A stretch of DNA of 64,000 bases from a virus. The notes beneath the pieces were generated by a model. It did no database searches, was not told the origin of the DNA, and saw only the letters and a list, made by a program, of their open reading frames with translations. The translations under genes were made by a program, and so were the position numbers. The stretch is taken from positions 115,554-179,553 of IMG/VR virus record IMGVR_UViG_3300005663_000028; one strand, 5' to 3'. Positions 47,581 through 56,629 of the stretch are shown piece by piece (position 1 is the first letter of the stretch; each line of letters begins with the position of its first letter).

Positions 47581-47844
47581 CTACAAATGAGCTATTTGCT
47601 CCCATTTACGTTCCGTGATCTTTCTTGTTATTGAGTGCCAATCCATATTCATACCTATCGCCGCCGATTCAATAGCTTCGTCCAATGTATCTCCAGTCCC
47701 GAAAGAACACAAACCATTAGGAATGGATACTTTTACCTTATATCCAAACATAGGACTATATTGTTTTGTTACCACCATACCTACGAAAGCCACCTTTTCC
47801 GCCCATGTAATCATATTAGTTTTCCTTTTTATGGACCAAACCAC
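47581..47844 (-). CDS. Possible HicB-like protein
   Basis: IPNGLCSFGTGDTLDEAIESA resembles the HicB P..PGC.T.G.T.EEA motif. Confidence 0.4.
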   Translation of the reverse strand: MVWSIKRKTNMITWAEKVAFVGMVVTKQYSPMFGYKVKVSIPNGLCSFGTGDTLDEAIESAAIGMNMDWHSITRKITERKWEQIAHL

Positions 47845-48296
47845 TTATTGATTTTACGAACGAACCAACAAGGCCGGAATAAATAGTTATAAACACTGTC
47901 TCTCAGACGATCCCAAGTAACTTCCCACATCAATATCGGTTTATTACATTGGTATGTTAGACAGATCAAATGGCTTACTGGGTTTGGATAATTCATTACA
48001 CCATAGCTCTCGCACTTTTTATTTGTTACAACATGTTTGAGTTTCTCATCGAAGATTACTGTACGTACTTTGATTCCACTATACATGAAGGTTTCACAGT
48101 CAAGACTGTGCAACTCTTTTGCTGTCCAGTCCTCCCACTTACGGAATCGCCTAAAAAATTCATCGAAGTCATCGCTCGGAATTTTGAGCAATTGTTGTTT
48201 TCCATGCTGGTCAGTCCAGGAAAAATGATGATGGTCGTCCGCACCTTCCCAAACATAGAGAGACTCAGGATTACACAAACAACGAATGTATGACAT
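47829..48296 (-). CDS. Hypothetical protein
   Basis: Tiled ORF. Confidence 0.5.
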   Translation of the reverse strand: MSYIRCLCNPESLYVWEGADDHHHFSWTDQHGKQQLLKIPSDDFDEFFRRFRKWEDWTAKELHSLDCETFMYSGIKVRTVIFDEKLKHVVTNKKCESYGVMNYPNPVSHLICLTYQCNKPILMWEVTWDRLRDSVYNYLFRPCWFVRKINKWFGP

Positions 48297-48299
48297 TAT

Positions 48300-48638
48300 T
48301 TATTCCTCTCCTATCCCATACTCTTCCATCACAGCCGCTGCACCATCCCGAATATCCATCAACAACTCCACAGCCAACCTTTCGGCGTCTCGCTGAGCGG
48401 CCTCCCGCGACCTTCTTAACCCACCTTTTCTTCTAAATGATCCAAAATACACTATTCCCGTCCACTCATCTGCCGCCCACACAGACTTTACACATGTGAG
48501 ATAAACATCTTTCCACAGAGCACAAGATGTACTGTGATTTGGATGTTGTTTGTTCGCCCATCTTTTAGTCAATGCTATTCTTTTATGTCGAATATTCATA
48601 GCATCTTCTCCCACGTCCATGGGCCAAACATTAAACAT
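48300..48638 (-). CDS. Hypothetical protein
   Basis: Tiled ORF. Confidence 0.5.
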   Translation of the reverse strand: MFNVWPMDVGEDAMNIRHKRIALTKRWANKQHPNHSTSCALWKDVYLTCVKSVWAADEWTGIVYFGSFRRKGGLRRSREAAQRDAERLAVELLMDIRDGAAAVMEEYGIGEE

Positions 48639-48808
48639 ACTTCACTTGAGTTCCATTCCCATCCGAAGTACCAATCCCCCTTTCCGGTAGGGAATGAAAA
48701 AAGAAAGGTACAATATTCCCAATAAGTATTTTTCCTTTTAAGACTAATTGGAAACATTAGGACAACAGAGAGCCAAAAAAATCCTAAAAACTTAATATCA
48801 ACACTCAT
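48596..48808 (-). CDS. Hypothetical aromatic-rich protein
   Basis: Coupled ORF. Confidence 0.4.
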   Translation of the reverse strand: MSVDIKFLGFFWLSVVLMFPISLKRKNTYWEYCTFLFSFPTGKGDWYFGWEWNSSEVCLMFGPWTWEKML

Positions 48809-49089
48809 TCTCGTTTCCTCCCTTTCTTTGTCTTGCTACGAGACTCCGTCTTAGTCTCCCCCAACAGTTCGGTCGTCCTCGCTAAATGCAATTTAATCCA
48901 CTTTCTCTTAGTCTTATCGGAAGCATACCCATACCCTTCGCCTTCTTGTAGCAAAAGGTTCAACTCATTAACAGTTTTTGCGTTTTTGATACGATCCGCC
49001 AGACTGGTCAGATTAAATTCAACAGCTATCGTCATGACAGTTCCTCCAAAAGACCTAGCACCTCTATTTTCCCCATTAATTGACCGCAT
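48805..49089 (-). CDS. Hypothetical protein
   Basis: Tiled ORF. Confidence 0.45.
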   Translation of the reverse strand: MRSINGENRGARSFGGTVMTIAVEFNLTSLADRIKNAKTVNELNLLLQEGEGYGYASDKTKRKWIKLHLARTTELLGETKTESRSKTKKGRKRE

Positions 49090-49307
49090 TCGGCATCAAT
49101 GATGGTTCCGCTAGATTGAATCTCCCCAAGATTACTGATGTGTAGGTGAAGGTGAGAGATGTCAGGATTGCCAAGTTTACATGCCACATCTTGTAGATGT
49201 TGAATAAGAGCCCTACACGAACTAGCTAGACTTTCTCTATGGTGTGTGATTCTTTTGTCTAGACGAGTTTTTAATTCCTCAAGTTCATTTAGTTGAGTCA
49301 AATTCAT
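49032..49307 (-). CDS. Hypothetical protein
   Basis: Coupled ORF. Confidence 0.5.
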   Translation of the reverse strand: MNLTQLNELEELKTRLDKRITHHRESLASSCRALIQHLQDVACKLGNPDISHLHLHISNLGEIQSSGTIIDAECGQLMGKIEVLGLLEELS

Positions 49308-49510
49308 TAGTTTTTTCTCCTAAACCAAAAAGAACAATTAATAGAATCTATTGTAATAGCTATTCCTAAAACAATACTGGCCATAATGCTAAATCTGTCG
49401 TCTGACATCATCTGTAGTTTGTCTCCATATTCCAGTCCAACAATATCCATACTACACTTAGCCACCACGAGTAACGGTATTACAATAGCTGTCCACGCCG
49501 TCATTTGCAT
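49307..49510 (-). CDS. Small membrane protein
   Basis: Two hydrophobic segments. Confidence 0.5.
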   Translation of the reverse strand: MQMTAWTAIVIPLLVVAKCSMDIVGLEYGDKLQMMSDDRFSIMASIVLGIAITIDSINCSFWFRRKN

Positions 49511-49543
49511 TCTCCTTTTCCCGAGAAGTTGTACTCAACTTAT

Positions 49544-49816
49544 CTAGTGCCCACTGCACGCATGCTTATTGATCATCATGAATGCACCAACTAAAATCAG
49601 TATGAAACCCGCAATCCAATGGGTCATATCGTGTGGAAGCCACTTTTCAACAATTCCCCCAATAGAGACACCAACTCCGGTCGCGACCGCTAAGCCGATT
49701 GCAGTACCAATGATCACTGTTGCCTTACCATATTCGGTAACAAGACAGGCTGATCGCAACAGGCACCCTATTTCTGCCATAAAGACCACAAATGCAATAA
49801 AAAGTGTTGTCTGCAT
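49544..49816 (-). CDS. TMEM165/GDT1 (UPF0016) single-repeat membrane protein, degenerate motif
   Basis: FVVFMAEIG-CLLRS...VIIGTAIGLAVATGVGV..G...WLP....WIAG three-TM pattern. Confidence 0.65.
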   Translation of the reverse strand: MQTTLFIAFVVFMAEIGCLLRSACLVTEYGKATVIIGTAIGLAVATGVGVSIGGIVEKWLPHDMTHWIAGFILILVGAFMMINKHACSGH

Positions 49817-49818
49817 GG

Positions 49819-50898
49819 TTAGTTCTCCTTTAGAACATTTTTATGCGGGCGAATTTGTTTCATTATATATTCTTCGACTCTTCTGTGGTTACCATCAAAT
49901 ATGGCGAACATTGCTAACTGGTGTTTCATCTCCTTAACTAAATTCGCAAAAGCTGCTCGCCCTGACAGGTTAGGAACTGTACTGACTTTACCCAGAACTG
50001 ACAAGAATTGTTTTTTAATCTCAAGAAGCAAAGTCATATATTCAAGTTCGAGGGAGGCGGCCAATCTGTCAAGTTCATTGTGATAATCTACATCAACAAC
50101 TCTCCACATAACCTCTGGAACCAGACCCGTAACCATCGTATCCCAAACACCGAGTGGAGTTAGGTCCGCTAACAAATTGCTCCGTCTAAGATAATCTTTA
50201 GATTTGATTTTTACCCGTAGACCGTTTGTGAATCTAACTATGAATCCCTCAAGTTCACTACCTGGAATCGTCTTGATTTGTCCACGGCAGTACCCAAGAT
50301 AAGTTTGATCATATGATTCCGCCAGTGTGAACCCGAACTGCCTACCCCATAACTCAACTCGTTCCCAACAATATTCTACCCCAGTGTGGCGATTATATGC
50401 CCCCAATAAAATTAAATCCTCCCGATTGCCGTAATCCACGACTATCCGGGTAGCAGGACAGATAAGTTCAAATAACAATGTTACTTCGTCTGGCAAACCT
50501 GTAAGGTCATATTTTTTCAAGAATTCTGTTGCCCAAACGGCGCCAATGCTCTTAAATGACCCCCTGGTGGCGATTTTGTGTTGATTATCGTGACGATATA
50601 GAATCCCAAGCCATCCATCTTCTTTACGGAAGAGTCTGAATCCATCTTTCCATGGAAGGTTATGTTCCTGAGTTTCCTTTGTTTGGTTCGTATTGAAAAA
50701 CTTTGGAAATGCCCTTGCGACGACCTCCCCTGTTTTTCTATTAAGAATGATTCCCCTACTGTTTAGGATGATGTCATCCCATTTTTGGGTTTTGTTGACG
50801 TATGAGTAAACCCTCAGATCGCCCAAGTCGTCGCATCTGAGTAGTTTCTGTTTAACCAATTGATCTCGTTGTTCGACTTCTTCTTTTGTGACCCTCAC
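49819..50898 (-). CDS. RNA ligase (T4 Rnl1-like)
   Basis: SRGIIL, AFPKFFN, motif I KEDG, ATRGSF, FELI, EGFIV, VKIKS. Confidence 0.88.
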   Translation of the reverse strand: MRVTKEEVEQRDQLVKQKLLRCDDLGDLRVYSYVNKTQKWDDIILNSRGIILNRKTGEVVARAFPKFFNTNQTKETQEHNLPWKDGFRLFRKEDGWLGILYRHDNQHKIATRGSFKSIGAVWATEFLKKYDLTGLPDEVTLLFELICPATRIVVDYGNREDLILLGAYNRHTGVEYCWERVELWGRQFGFTLAESYDQTYLGYCRGQIKTIPGSELEGFIVRFTNGLRVKIKSKDYLRRSNLLADLTPLGVWDTMVTGLVPEVMWRVVDVDYHNELDRLAASLELEYMTLLLEIKKQFLSVLGKVSTVPNLSGRAAFANLVKEMKHQLAMFAIFDGNHRRVEEYIMKQIRPHKNVLKEN

Positions 50899-51067
50899 TC
50901 TTCTAGTCCTTCATGGTAATAAATAATGAGATAGTCCCCCTCATCAGATTCCTCGCAATTTTCTACTGCCCCAAATGCATTTTCGTATATAGCTGCAAGT
51001 TCATCTGCGCCGCAATCCCTGATTAATTCGTGCAATTCATCTGCCGCTTGTTGGTGACTAATCTTTT

Positions 51068-51283
51068 TCATCTTAGGTTCCTTTGAAGTACTGGTCTGGT
51101 TAGTTTATTCTGAGCCTTGAAACACTCTAGACACGCTGTTTGTCCAAACCATTCTCCCTCCCAGTCATTGGGGAGTATGATATCTTCATACACAGGAATT
51201 CCATGCGTGTTATACGTGGATTCTCCACAAACAAAACAGTCAGCGTGGGATTCATTCATATTGATGATAAGGGTTTTGGGCAT
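51068..51283 (-). CDS. Hypothetical Zn-finger protein
   Basis: CFVC...CLEC. Confidence 0.5.
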   Translation of the reverse strand: MPKTLIINMNESHADCFVCGESTYNTHGIPVYEDIILPNDWEGEWFGQTACLECFKAQNKLTRPVLQRNLR

Positions 51284-51297
51284 GGAATTCTCCTAAA

Positions 51298-51372
51298 TAC
51301 CCCTGACCGGGCTCGAACCGGCAAATCTCCAGGATGAAAACCTGGTGTCTTAACCAATTAGACGACAGGGGC
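51298..51372 (-). tRNA. tRNA-Glu(TTC)
   Basis: Cloverleaf GCCCCTG/CAGGGGT; anticodon arm CCAGG-TTTTCAT-CCTGG; T-loop TTCGAGC; no encoded CCA. Confidence 0.9.
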
Positions 51373-51398
51373 GTTAAGAAGCGTAGCTTCTTCACTAG

Positions 51399-51653
51399 TT
51401 AAGTGATGTTGGCTATTATCTGGCGAATGTTGCCAACTGTACATGGAAACTCAGATTGATCAATACCGTGTGTTCGCTTATGCCACCAGTACGTATCTCT
51501 TTTGAAGGTATCGTGCCATTCTGAATGTAAGCAGGCGTGACACTGAGCCGCCGCTGCGATCTCAAGTCCTGCGAGGAAATTTTCTTGATCGCGTTTTTCG
51601 AGATCGTCTGGACTCAATGACCAGAACGGGTCTTCATCTCCATCCTGAAACAT
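51399..51653 (-). CDS. Hypothetical protein
   Basis: Tiled ORF. Confidence 0.45.
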   Translation of the reverse strand: MFQDGDEDPFWSLSPDDLEKRDQENFLAGLEIAAAAQCHACLHSEWHDTFKRDTYWWHKRTHGIDQSEFPCTVGNIRQIIANIT

Positions 51654-51703
51654 AGAAAACTATTTAAGCCATTCGATTGGTGACAACATTCAATTCTCTC
51701 CGC

Positions 51704-51760
51704 AAAAAAGGGGTGGGGAAAGGGTAGGTAACCACCAAATCAACCCTATTCCCCCACCCC
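51704..51760 (-). terminator. Intrinsic terminator candidate
   Basis: GGGGTGGGG...CCCCACCCC stem followed by T6 on minus strand. Confidence 0.6.
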
Positions 51761-51784
51761 AGGTGGTACAGAAGAAAAGTCTCC

Positions 51785-52048
51785 CTATTTTGAATTATGT
51801 GATTTGAAAAGGAAACCACATAGGATACTTAATCCCCATGCTTGTAGGAACCCAATTTCCTGAAGACCGAATATGTCGGGACATAGAACATTCCACAGCC
51901 ACAGTACTGGAAGAGCGAAGATCGCTGAGAACAAAACTACCGTAATTAAAAATCCAACTAATACTCCGATGAAAATCATAACACTCTGCATTGTAATCTC
52001 CTTTTTTGAATTTATCAATAGGTTGTTGTGACAACTCCCGTTACTCAA
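51785..52048 (-). CDS. Small membrane protein (true start probably MQSVM)
   Basis: LWLWNVLCPDIFGLQEIGFLQAWGL conserved phage pattern. Confidence 0.55.
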   Translation of the reverse strand: MSNGSCHNNLLINSKKEITMQSVMIFIGVLVGFLITVVLFSAIFALPVLWLWNVLCPDIFGLQEIGFLQAWGLSILCGFLFKSHNSK

Positions 52049-52460
52049 TTAACTGATCCAGGGAAGGAAGACTACCCAGAATCGCCTTGGCGACTTCTAC
52101 ATCTTCAGCGAACTGAATTTCGACAATGGCATTGTCCATTGCTGTCGATAGCTTATTAACGGCGATTCTCTTGGAAGTCATGAGTTGGCCTTCATACGAC
52201 TCCACCGCCTTCTCGAATTCATCCCATTTGGAATCGAGTTGTTTTTGCTCTTGGTCCAGCTTTGTTTGTTTCGAAGCCAAGGATTCAAGTGTCTTAGTAA
52301 GACTTCTGCATAGTTTTGCAACAAAATCACTTGCATACTCTTGAATATCTTGGATTCTGTAACCACGTTTCTTGGGAAACTGCTTATCAAGCTCCCTCTC
52401 CAGAACCTTAGCTCGACCCTGAAGCATCTTTACCAACAAATCTCTCTGTTTCTGATTCAT
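52041..52460 (-). CDS. Coiled-coil hypothetical protein
   Basis: SD-preceded ORF. Confidence 0.55.
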   Translation of the reverse strand: MNQKQRDLLVKMLQGRAKVLERELDKQFPKKRGYRIQDIQEYASDFVAKLCRSLTKTLESLASKQTKLDQEQKQLDSKWDEFEKAVESYEGQLMTSKRIAVNKLSTAMDNAIVEIQFAEDVEVAKAILGSLPSLDQLIE

Positions 52461-52461
52461 T

Positions 52462-52680
52462 TCATTTTCCTTTCTTGAGAACTATTTGTTCAAATCTTTC
52501 TGGTAGAAAAAATCTACCATCACATGCATCAACGTGCTTCAATATTTCTTCTATTTCGGGTGTACGTCCTCCTTGTTCAATTACTACGTCAACGAGTACA
52601 TCATAGGCTTCTTCCCTAATTCCATCGTCGTCGTTTAGCAAGGCTATCATTAGCTTAGCCATAGGTTCATGAAATTTCAT
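52462..52680 (-). CDS. Hypothetical protein
   Basis: SD-preceded ORF. Confidence 0.5.
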   Translation of the reverse strand: MKFHEPMAKLMIALLNDDDGIREEAYDVLVDVVIEQGGRTPEIEEILKHVDACDGRFFLPERFEQIVLKKGK

Positions 52681-52729
52681 TTTCTTAATTCCTTTTTACG
52701 AGTCGTTAGTGGCGAACATCGCCACGTTT

Positions 52730-52918
52730 TTAGTCTGGATTAAAAAATTCCACTATCTCAGAAATAGCCCACATAAAGAGTGCGACACCGACAAAGACAC
52801 CAAGTGTACTAAGTACTTCCATTTCCAAAATCATTATAGTTATTAGCCCAATTGCAACCAACAACAAAATAATCGTGGCTATGGCCTTTCGAATACCCCA
52901 AACAATTCTCATACACAT
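52730..52918 (-). CDS. Small two-TM protein
   Basis: Hydrophobic segments. Confidence 0.5.
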   Translation of the reverse strand: MCMRIVWGIRKAIATIILLLVAIGLITIMILEMEVLSTLGVFVGVALFMWAISEIVEFFNPD

Positions 52919-52924
52919 CTCCTA

Positions 52925-53212
52925 CTAATTATAGGGCCAATCACACTCATGACAAAAACACTCCGATCCTTCTGGAGCATTAGAATGCACTTCTAATGTT
53001 TTTTGTTTACAATTAGGGCACACATCCATATTCAAGGGTTTGACAGAGTCAAACCCGAAGCGTTTCATTAATTCAGCATCACCATACACCAATTCCCTAA
53101 TTGTCTTGGGTACTTCGTTAATGCGATTGGCGAAAGCCCGATCGCCTCCGAATTTGTTAACCCAAGAGTTCAATTTGCGGTATAGCTCTGGTCTCATTTT
53201 TTCTTTTCCCAC
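52925..53212 (-). CDS. Hypothetical protein with Zn ribbon
   Basis: CPNC...CHEC. Confidence 0.5.
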   Translation of the reverse strand: MGKEKMRPELYRKLNSWVNKFGGDRAFANRINEVPKTIRELVYGDAELMKRFGFDSVKPLNMDVCPNCKQKTLEVHSNAPEGSECFCHECDWPYN

Positions 53213-53298
53213 AAACGTTTACTACCAAGGTAGTATGATAAACAACAGATTACCCAACACAGCAAGACAGGCATATGGTTTTCCATATGATGTGTTCC

Positions 53299-53487
53299 TT
53301 ATGTGTTTTTGCAACAAATTCTATTAAGGATTCTTTTCCAGAGGGGTGGGACAACAACAAACCAGTCTTTGTGGATCAATCTTCCGTTTACGGAGTAAGC
53401 GTTTCCTCTTGGGTCTAATTCAACTTTGTAAACCTTGCCACCTTTGATCCCCAAAGACGATAAATTACACTTAGCTCGGACTTTCAT
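53299..53487 (-). CDS. Hypothetical protein
   Basis: GGAGG SD. Confidence 0.5.
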   Translation of the reverse strand: MKVRAKCNLSSLGIKGGKVYKVELDPRGNAYSVNGRLIHKDWFVVVPPLWKRILNRICCKNT

Positions 53488-53525
53488 TCTTCAACCTCCC
53501 TATATTCACAAAGCATTCCCGGAAC

Positions 53526-53600
53526 TGGGGGCTGTGGGATTCGAACCCACGATCTCAAAATTATGAGTTTTTTGCTTTGGTCCAGCTAAGCTAAGCCCCC
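53526..53600 (-). tRNA. tRNA with CAT anticodon (elongator Met or Ile2)
   Basis: GGGGGCT/AGCCCCC acceptor (G1:C72, not initiator); loop CTCATAA; T arm GTGGG-TTCGAAT-CCCAC. Confidence 0.88.
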
Positions 53601-53616
53601 GTAATAGATAAATAGA

Positions 53617-53829
53617 TTACGCTCTTAATTGTAGAGACACGATGTCTCTCCGTGAGATTGTTTCAGTCTTAATCTTGCCACTACCATTCTTATCTGTCCC
53701 GGCGCAATACTCAACTGTGATATTTCTCTCACTTGTTTCGAGAACCGTGCATGGCTGGTAAATAGCCTCTTTTGTCCCATTCATTGTCCGAACAATCACC
53801 AAATCACCCTTTTCTACTTTCTCTATCAC
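53617..53829 (-). CDS. Small SH3/KOW-like hypothetical protein
   Basis: KGDLVIV pattern. Confidence 0.45.
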   Translation of the reverse strand: MIEKVEKGDLVIVRTMNGTKEAIYQPCTVLETSERNITVEYCAGTDKNGSGKIKTETISRRDIVSLQLRA

Positions 53830-54054
53830 AATATCTCCCTAAGTAAACTAGTCTCTAGTACAAACCCACCCCGCAGCTATTTAGTCAATTCCAAGACTGA
53901 CCGCAATATCGTCTACACCAACGACCTGACCAGTTACGCCCGTTTCGCACATTTCCCCCAAACAAAACGCCGCCGCTTCAAATGAGGTAAATGGAGTGGT
54001 AATACTCCAGTGCAAAGCTCCGTGATTTTTATGTAAAATCACCCAGGACATTTG

Positions 54055-54297
54055 TTACTCCTTGTCAAGTATCCTTTCAAGACTCATCCAGATTTTTGAC
54101 ATAAACCCTTGGGTGTATGCTAGGTTTGACCTGGCCGATATAAATACCCACTGGTCGATTGTTGGGTCTAACCTTAGCATACCAACTTCGTAATTCCCAG
54201 ACCAAACACAAGCTCCAACCAAATCTCCACCTTCACTATCGTGAGGCAAAACCAGACAATCACAGTGAGTACTAAGAATAATCATTGTCTTCTCCAC
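54055..54297 (-). CDS. Hypothetical protein
   Basis: Tiled ORF. Confidence 0.45.
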   Translation of the reverse strand: MEKTMIILSTHCDCLVLPHDSEGGDLVGACVWSGNYEVGMLRLDPTIDQWVFISARSNLAYTQGFMSKIWMSLERILDKE

Positions 54298-54424
54298 CCG
54301 TTGGGGGAATTTATTCCCCCGACCGAAGTCCCACCCAATTCGGTATCGTGGTTACTACCACCCCGTCGCATACATATCGGCCTTTCCGGCCTCATTTACA
54401 TATCTTTCATTCCTCAGTCTCCAA

Positions 54425-55177
54425 TTAGTGATCCTTTTTATTATTACGTAACTGGCTTGTTCGTTCAGTCTTATGTTCATACAATACTGTTAATGTCGAG
54501 TTAATGTCAAAGGCTAGCCCTTCAAGTTCGTGCCAGTAATAACCAGACCCTTCAACTTGTTTCTGTGTCATAACAGATATATCCCCTAAGTATTGCTTGT
54601 AGGTTGCTACGTAACCTGGATCACGGAAATCACCATACTTAGGTGTCCAGTCATGCTTATGATACCACGACAATGGAAGTAATTTGCGATAACTATGATT
54701 GCGATCTTCATCGTGTCTATACCATACACGACGGACATGTATTGTTTCTGCAAAATCGGTTTTATCTATAATGACAAGTTTCATTCGAGATTGAGATTCT
54801 AGAACGAACAATCGTTTGTCTACGTGTGGAATGAACCACCCGTGATTATCAAGATCGTTGAATGTAAATCGATCTGTTTTCGTGTACTGTAATCTTTTGA
54901 GCATTTCATGGACCATTAGAATGTCGGGTAACATCTGTCGGAATCGGAACCACCCCAATCGATCCATCGTCCAACGGACTAATAGGTCAAAACACCCACG
55001 ATCTTCATCAACACTACTCAGTGCTGACGAGAAAAAGGTCGCCAAAATATCCGTATCCCCCGACCATTTGCGCCGTAGAATGTCTGCCACATGTATACCA
55101 AATGATTCAGCAACTCCATGTTGTTCCATATGTTTATCGAGATGGTTTGTAAGTTGATCTAGTTCTTTAGTAGTCAA
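54425..55177 (-). CDS. Hypothetical protein
   Basis: 250-aa tiled ORF. Confidence 0.55.
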   Translation of the reverse strand: MTTKELDQLTNHLDKHMEQHGVAESFGIHVADILRRKWSGDTDILATFFSSALSSVDEDRGCFDLLVRWTMDRLGWFRFRQMLPDILMVHEMLKRLQYTKTDRFTFNDLDNHGWFIPHVDKRLFVLESQSRMKLVIIDKTDFAETIHVRRVWYRHDEDRNHSYRKLLPLSWYHKHDWTPKYGDFRDPGYVATYKQYLGDISVMTQKQVEGSGYYWHELEGLAFDINSTLTVLYEHKTERTSQLRNNKKDH

Positions 55178-55661
55178 TTGACTTCATCCTTTCGATATCC
55201 AAAAATCCCTCATCAAAACAAGGAGGACGAAACTCGGCGAACATCCTATTTATAATCTCATCAGGCACCTTTCTTTGTCGAGCTTTGTTCCTTTCAACAC
55301 AAACCGCAAATGGAGTATCCATCCACACACACGAAATGTCCACATTCAACTCCTCAGCTATTGTAATCCAGATTTTTCGACTCTCTTTTGTCAGATGGGT
55401 TCCGTCGATAATAACACTATGGCCGATATCGAGTAATACTCTCGCCACTGTTTTGACATGAGACCACACCATATCTTCCGCTGGTTCATGATAATCCGCA
55501 CCGGTCAAGGTCTTGCGAAACTCATCGGGACACAAAACTATTACGCCAGTTGAGCCACAATCTATACACTCTCGGATATTCTGTAGATATGTGGATTTGC
55601 CAGACCCAGGAGGGCCACACATGATTATCAGCATTTTACACCTTCTCCACATACAACACAA
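55167..55661 (-). CDS. Polynucleotide kinase-like P-loop protein (AAA_33)
   Basis: CGPPGSGKST, PDEFR, VIIDGTH, RNKARQRKVP; no phosphatase domain; true start probably MLIIM. Confidence 0.85.
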   Translation of the reverse strand: MCCMWRRCKMLIIMCGPPGSGKSTYLQNIRECIDCGSTGVIVLCPDEFRKTLTGADYHEPAEDMVWSHVKTVARVLLDIGHSVIIDGTHLTKESRKIWITIAEELNVDISCVWMDTPFAVCVERNKARQRKVPDEIINRMFAEFRPPCFDEGFLDIERMKSIDY

Positions 55662-55828
55662 TAGATGGCGTCATTATCACCACAATCTGTCCATGAATTC
55701 GGTAGTCCAAGGTCACTCGTTATTCCCGTTTGATGTTCCGCCTCAGTCTTATTCTCCGGTGTAAAATGCTTCGCGCATAAACCTGTTTCACCACATGCTG
55801 TACCTTGTTGGGTTATTAAAGCGAACAT
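55628..55828 (-). CDS. Hypothetical protein
   Basis: Tiled ORF. Confidence 0.45.
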   Translation of the reverse strand: MFALITQQGTACGETGLCAKHFTPENKTEAEHQTGITSDLGLPNSWTDCGDNDAIYCVVCGEGVKC

Positions 55829-56085
55829 TTTACACTCCCGTCAATAACAGTTTGTGCTGCTTCGAAAAGGACCAATGAGGCCCCTTCTAATGACGATCTT
55901 AGGGCAGAATGAACTTGTCTAGTAGTTAGAACAGGTATGACTGCCTCATCTGGAGCTTGCGGATGTTGATATAGTTGTTCAACCACCTCATAGAGAGTAA
56001 TGTACTTTCCCTCGCTCGCCGGTTTGGTAAACCATGAGATATGCTTTTCGCTTACAGGTTTTTCGTTGATGACGGTAATTATCAT
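55816..56085 (-). CDS. Hypothetical protein
   Basis: SD-preceded ORF. Confidence 0.5.
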   Translation of the reverse strand: MIITVINEKPVSEKHISWFTKPASEGKYITLYEVVEQLYQHPQAPDEAVIPVLTTRQVHSALRSSLEGASLVLFEAAQTVIDGSVKCSL

Positions 56086-56101
56086 GGTATTTTCCTTTCC
56101 C

Positions 56102-56629
56102 CTACGGGTTGTTAATGATCAACTTGAGATGAGAAACTCTCAACTCTCTTTCTCTCCGTTCTCTCCTACTCATCCTACGTCTCGGTTGATTATTAATCCA
56201 CGCCAGTTCCCTATGAGCCCGAACAACTTTGGGATCACGCAACGCATCATGAATCTCACCAGAGGAAACTAAACCACACGCACTACCGTCAATCCGACGT
56301 GAAATCCGACTTGCAGTAGTCCTAGCTGATCTCGGCCTAATTAAAGTACCTCTCTTTTTCTTCCACTGCCCATCCAACCCCTGTTCCATATGAACATCGC
56401 TCTGACCCCTACGGCGAATCGAGAACCCCATGGTGCCATTGCCACATCTCTTTTGTGTCTGGCTATCCCCCTTAAACCTCTTTCCCCCCTTAACCGGAAC
56501 ACAATGCTCAGACCTGGGTATCTTGTGATCCTTCGCCCACTCCCCATCTTTCCCGTGGAGAAAATTATATCCATAACCACCACCAACAACTCCAAGAACA
56601 ACGACTTCTTTCTTTTCTCTGCGACTCAT
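56102..56629 (-). CDS. Basic Arg-rich hypothetical protein
   Basis: ATGA-coupled ORF. Confidence 0.45.
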   Translation of the reverse strand: MSRREKKEVVVLGVVGGGYGYNFLHGKDGEWAKDHKIPRSEHCVPVKGGKRFKGDSQTQKRCGNGTMGFSIRRRGQSDVHMEQGLDGQWKKKRGTLIRPRSARTTASRISRRIDGSACGLVSSGEIHDALRDPKVVRAHRELAWINNQPRRRMSRRERRERELRVSHLKLIINNP

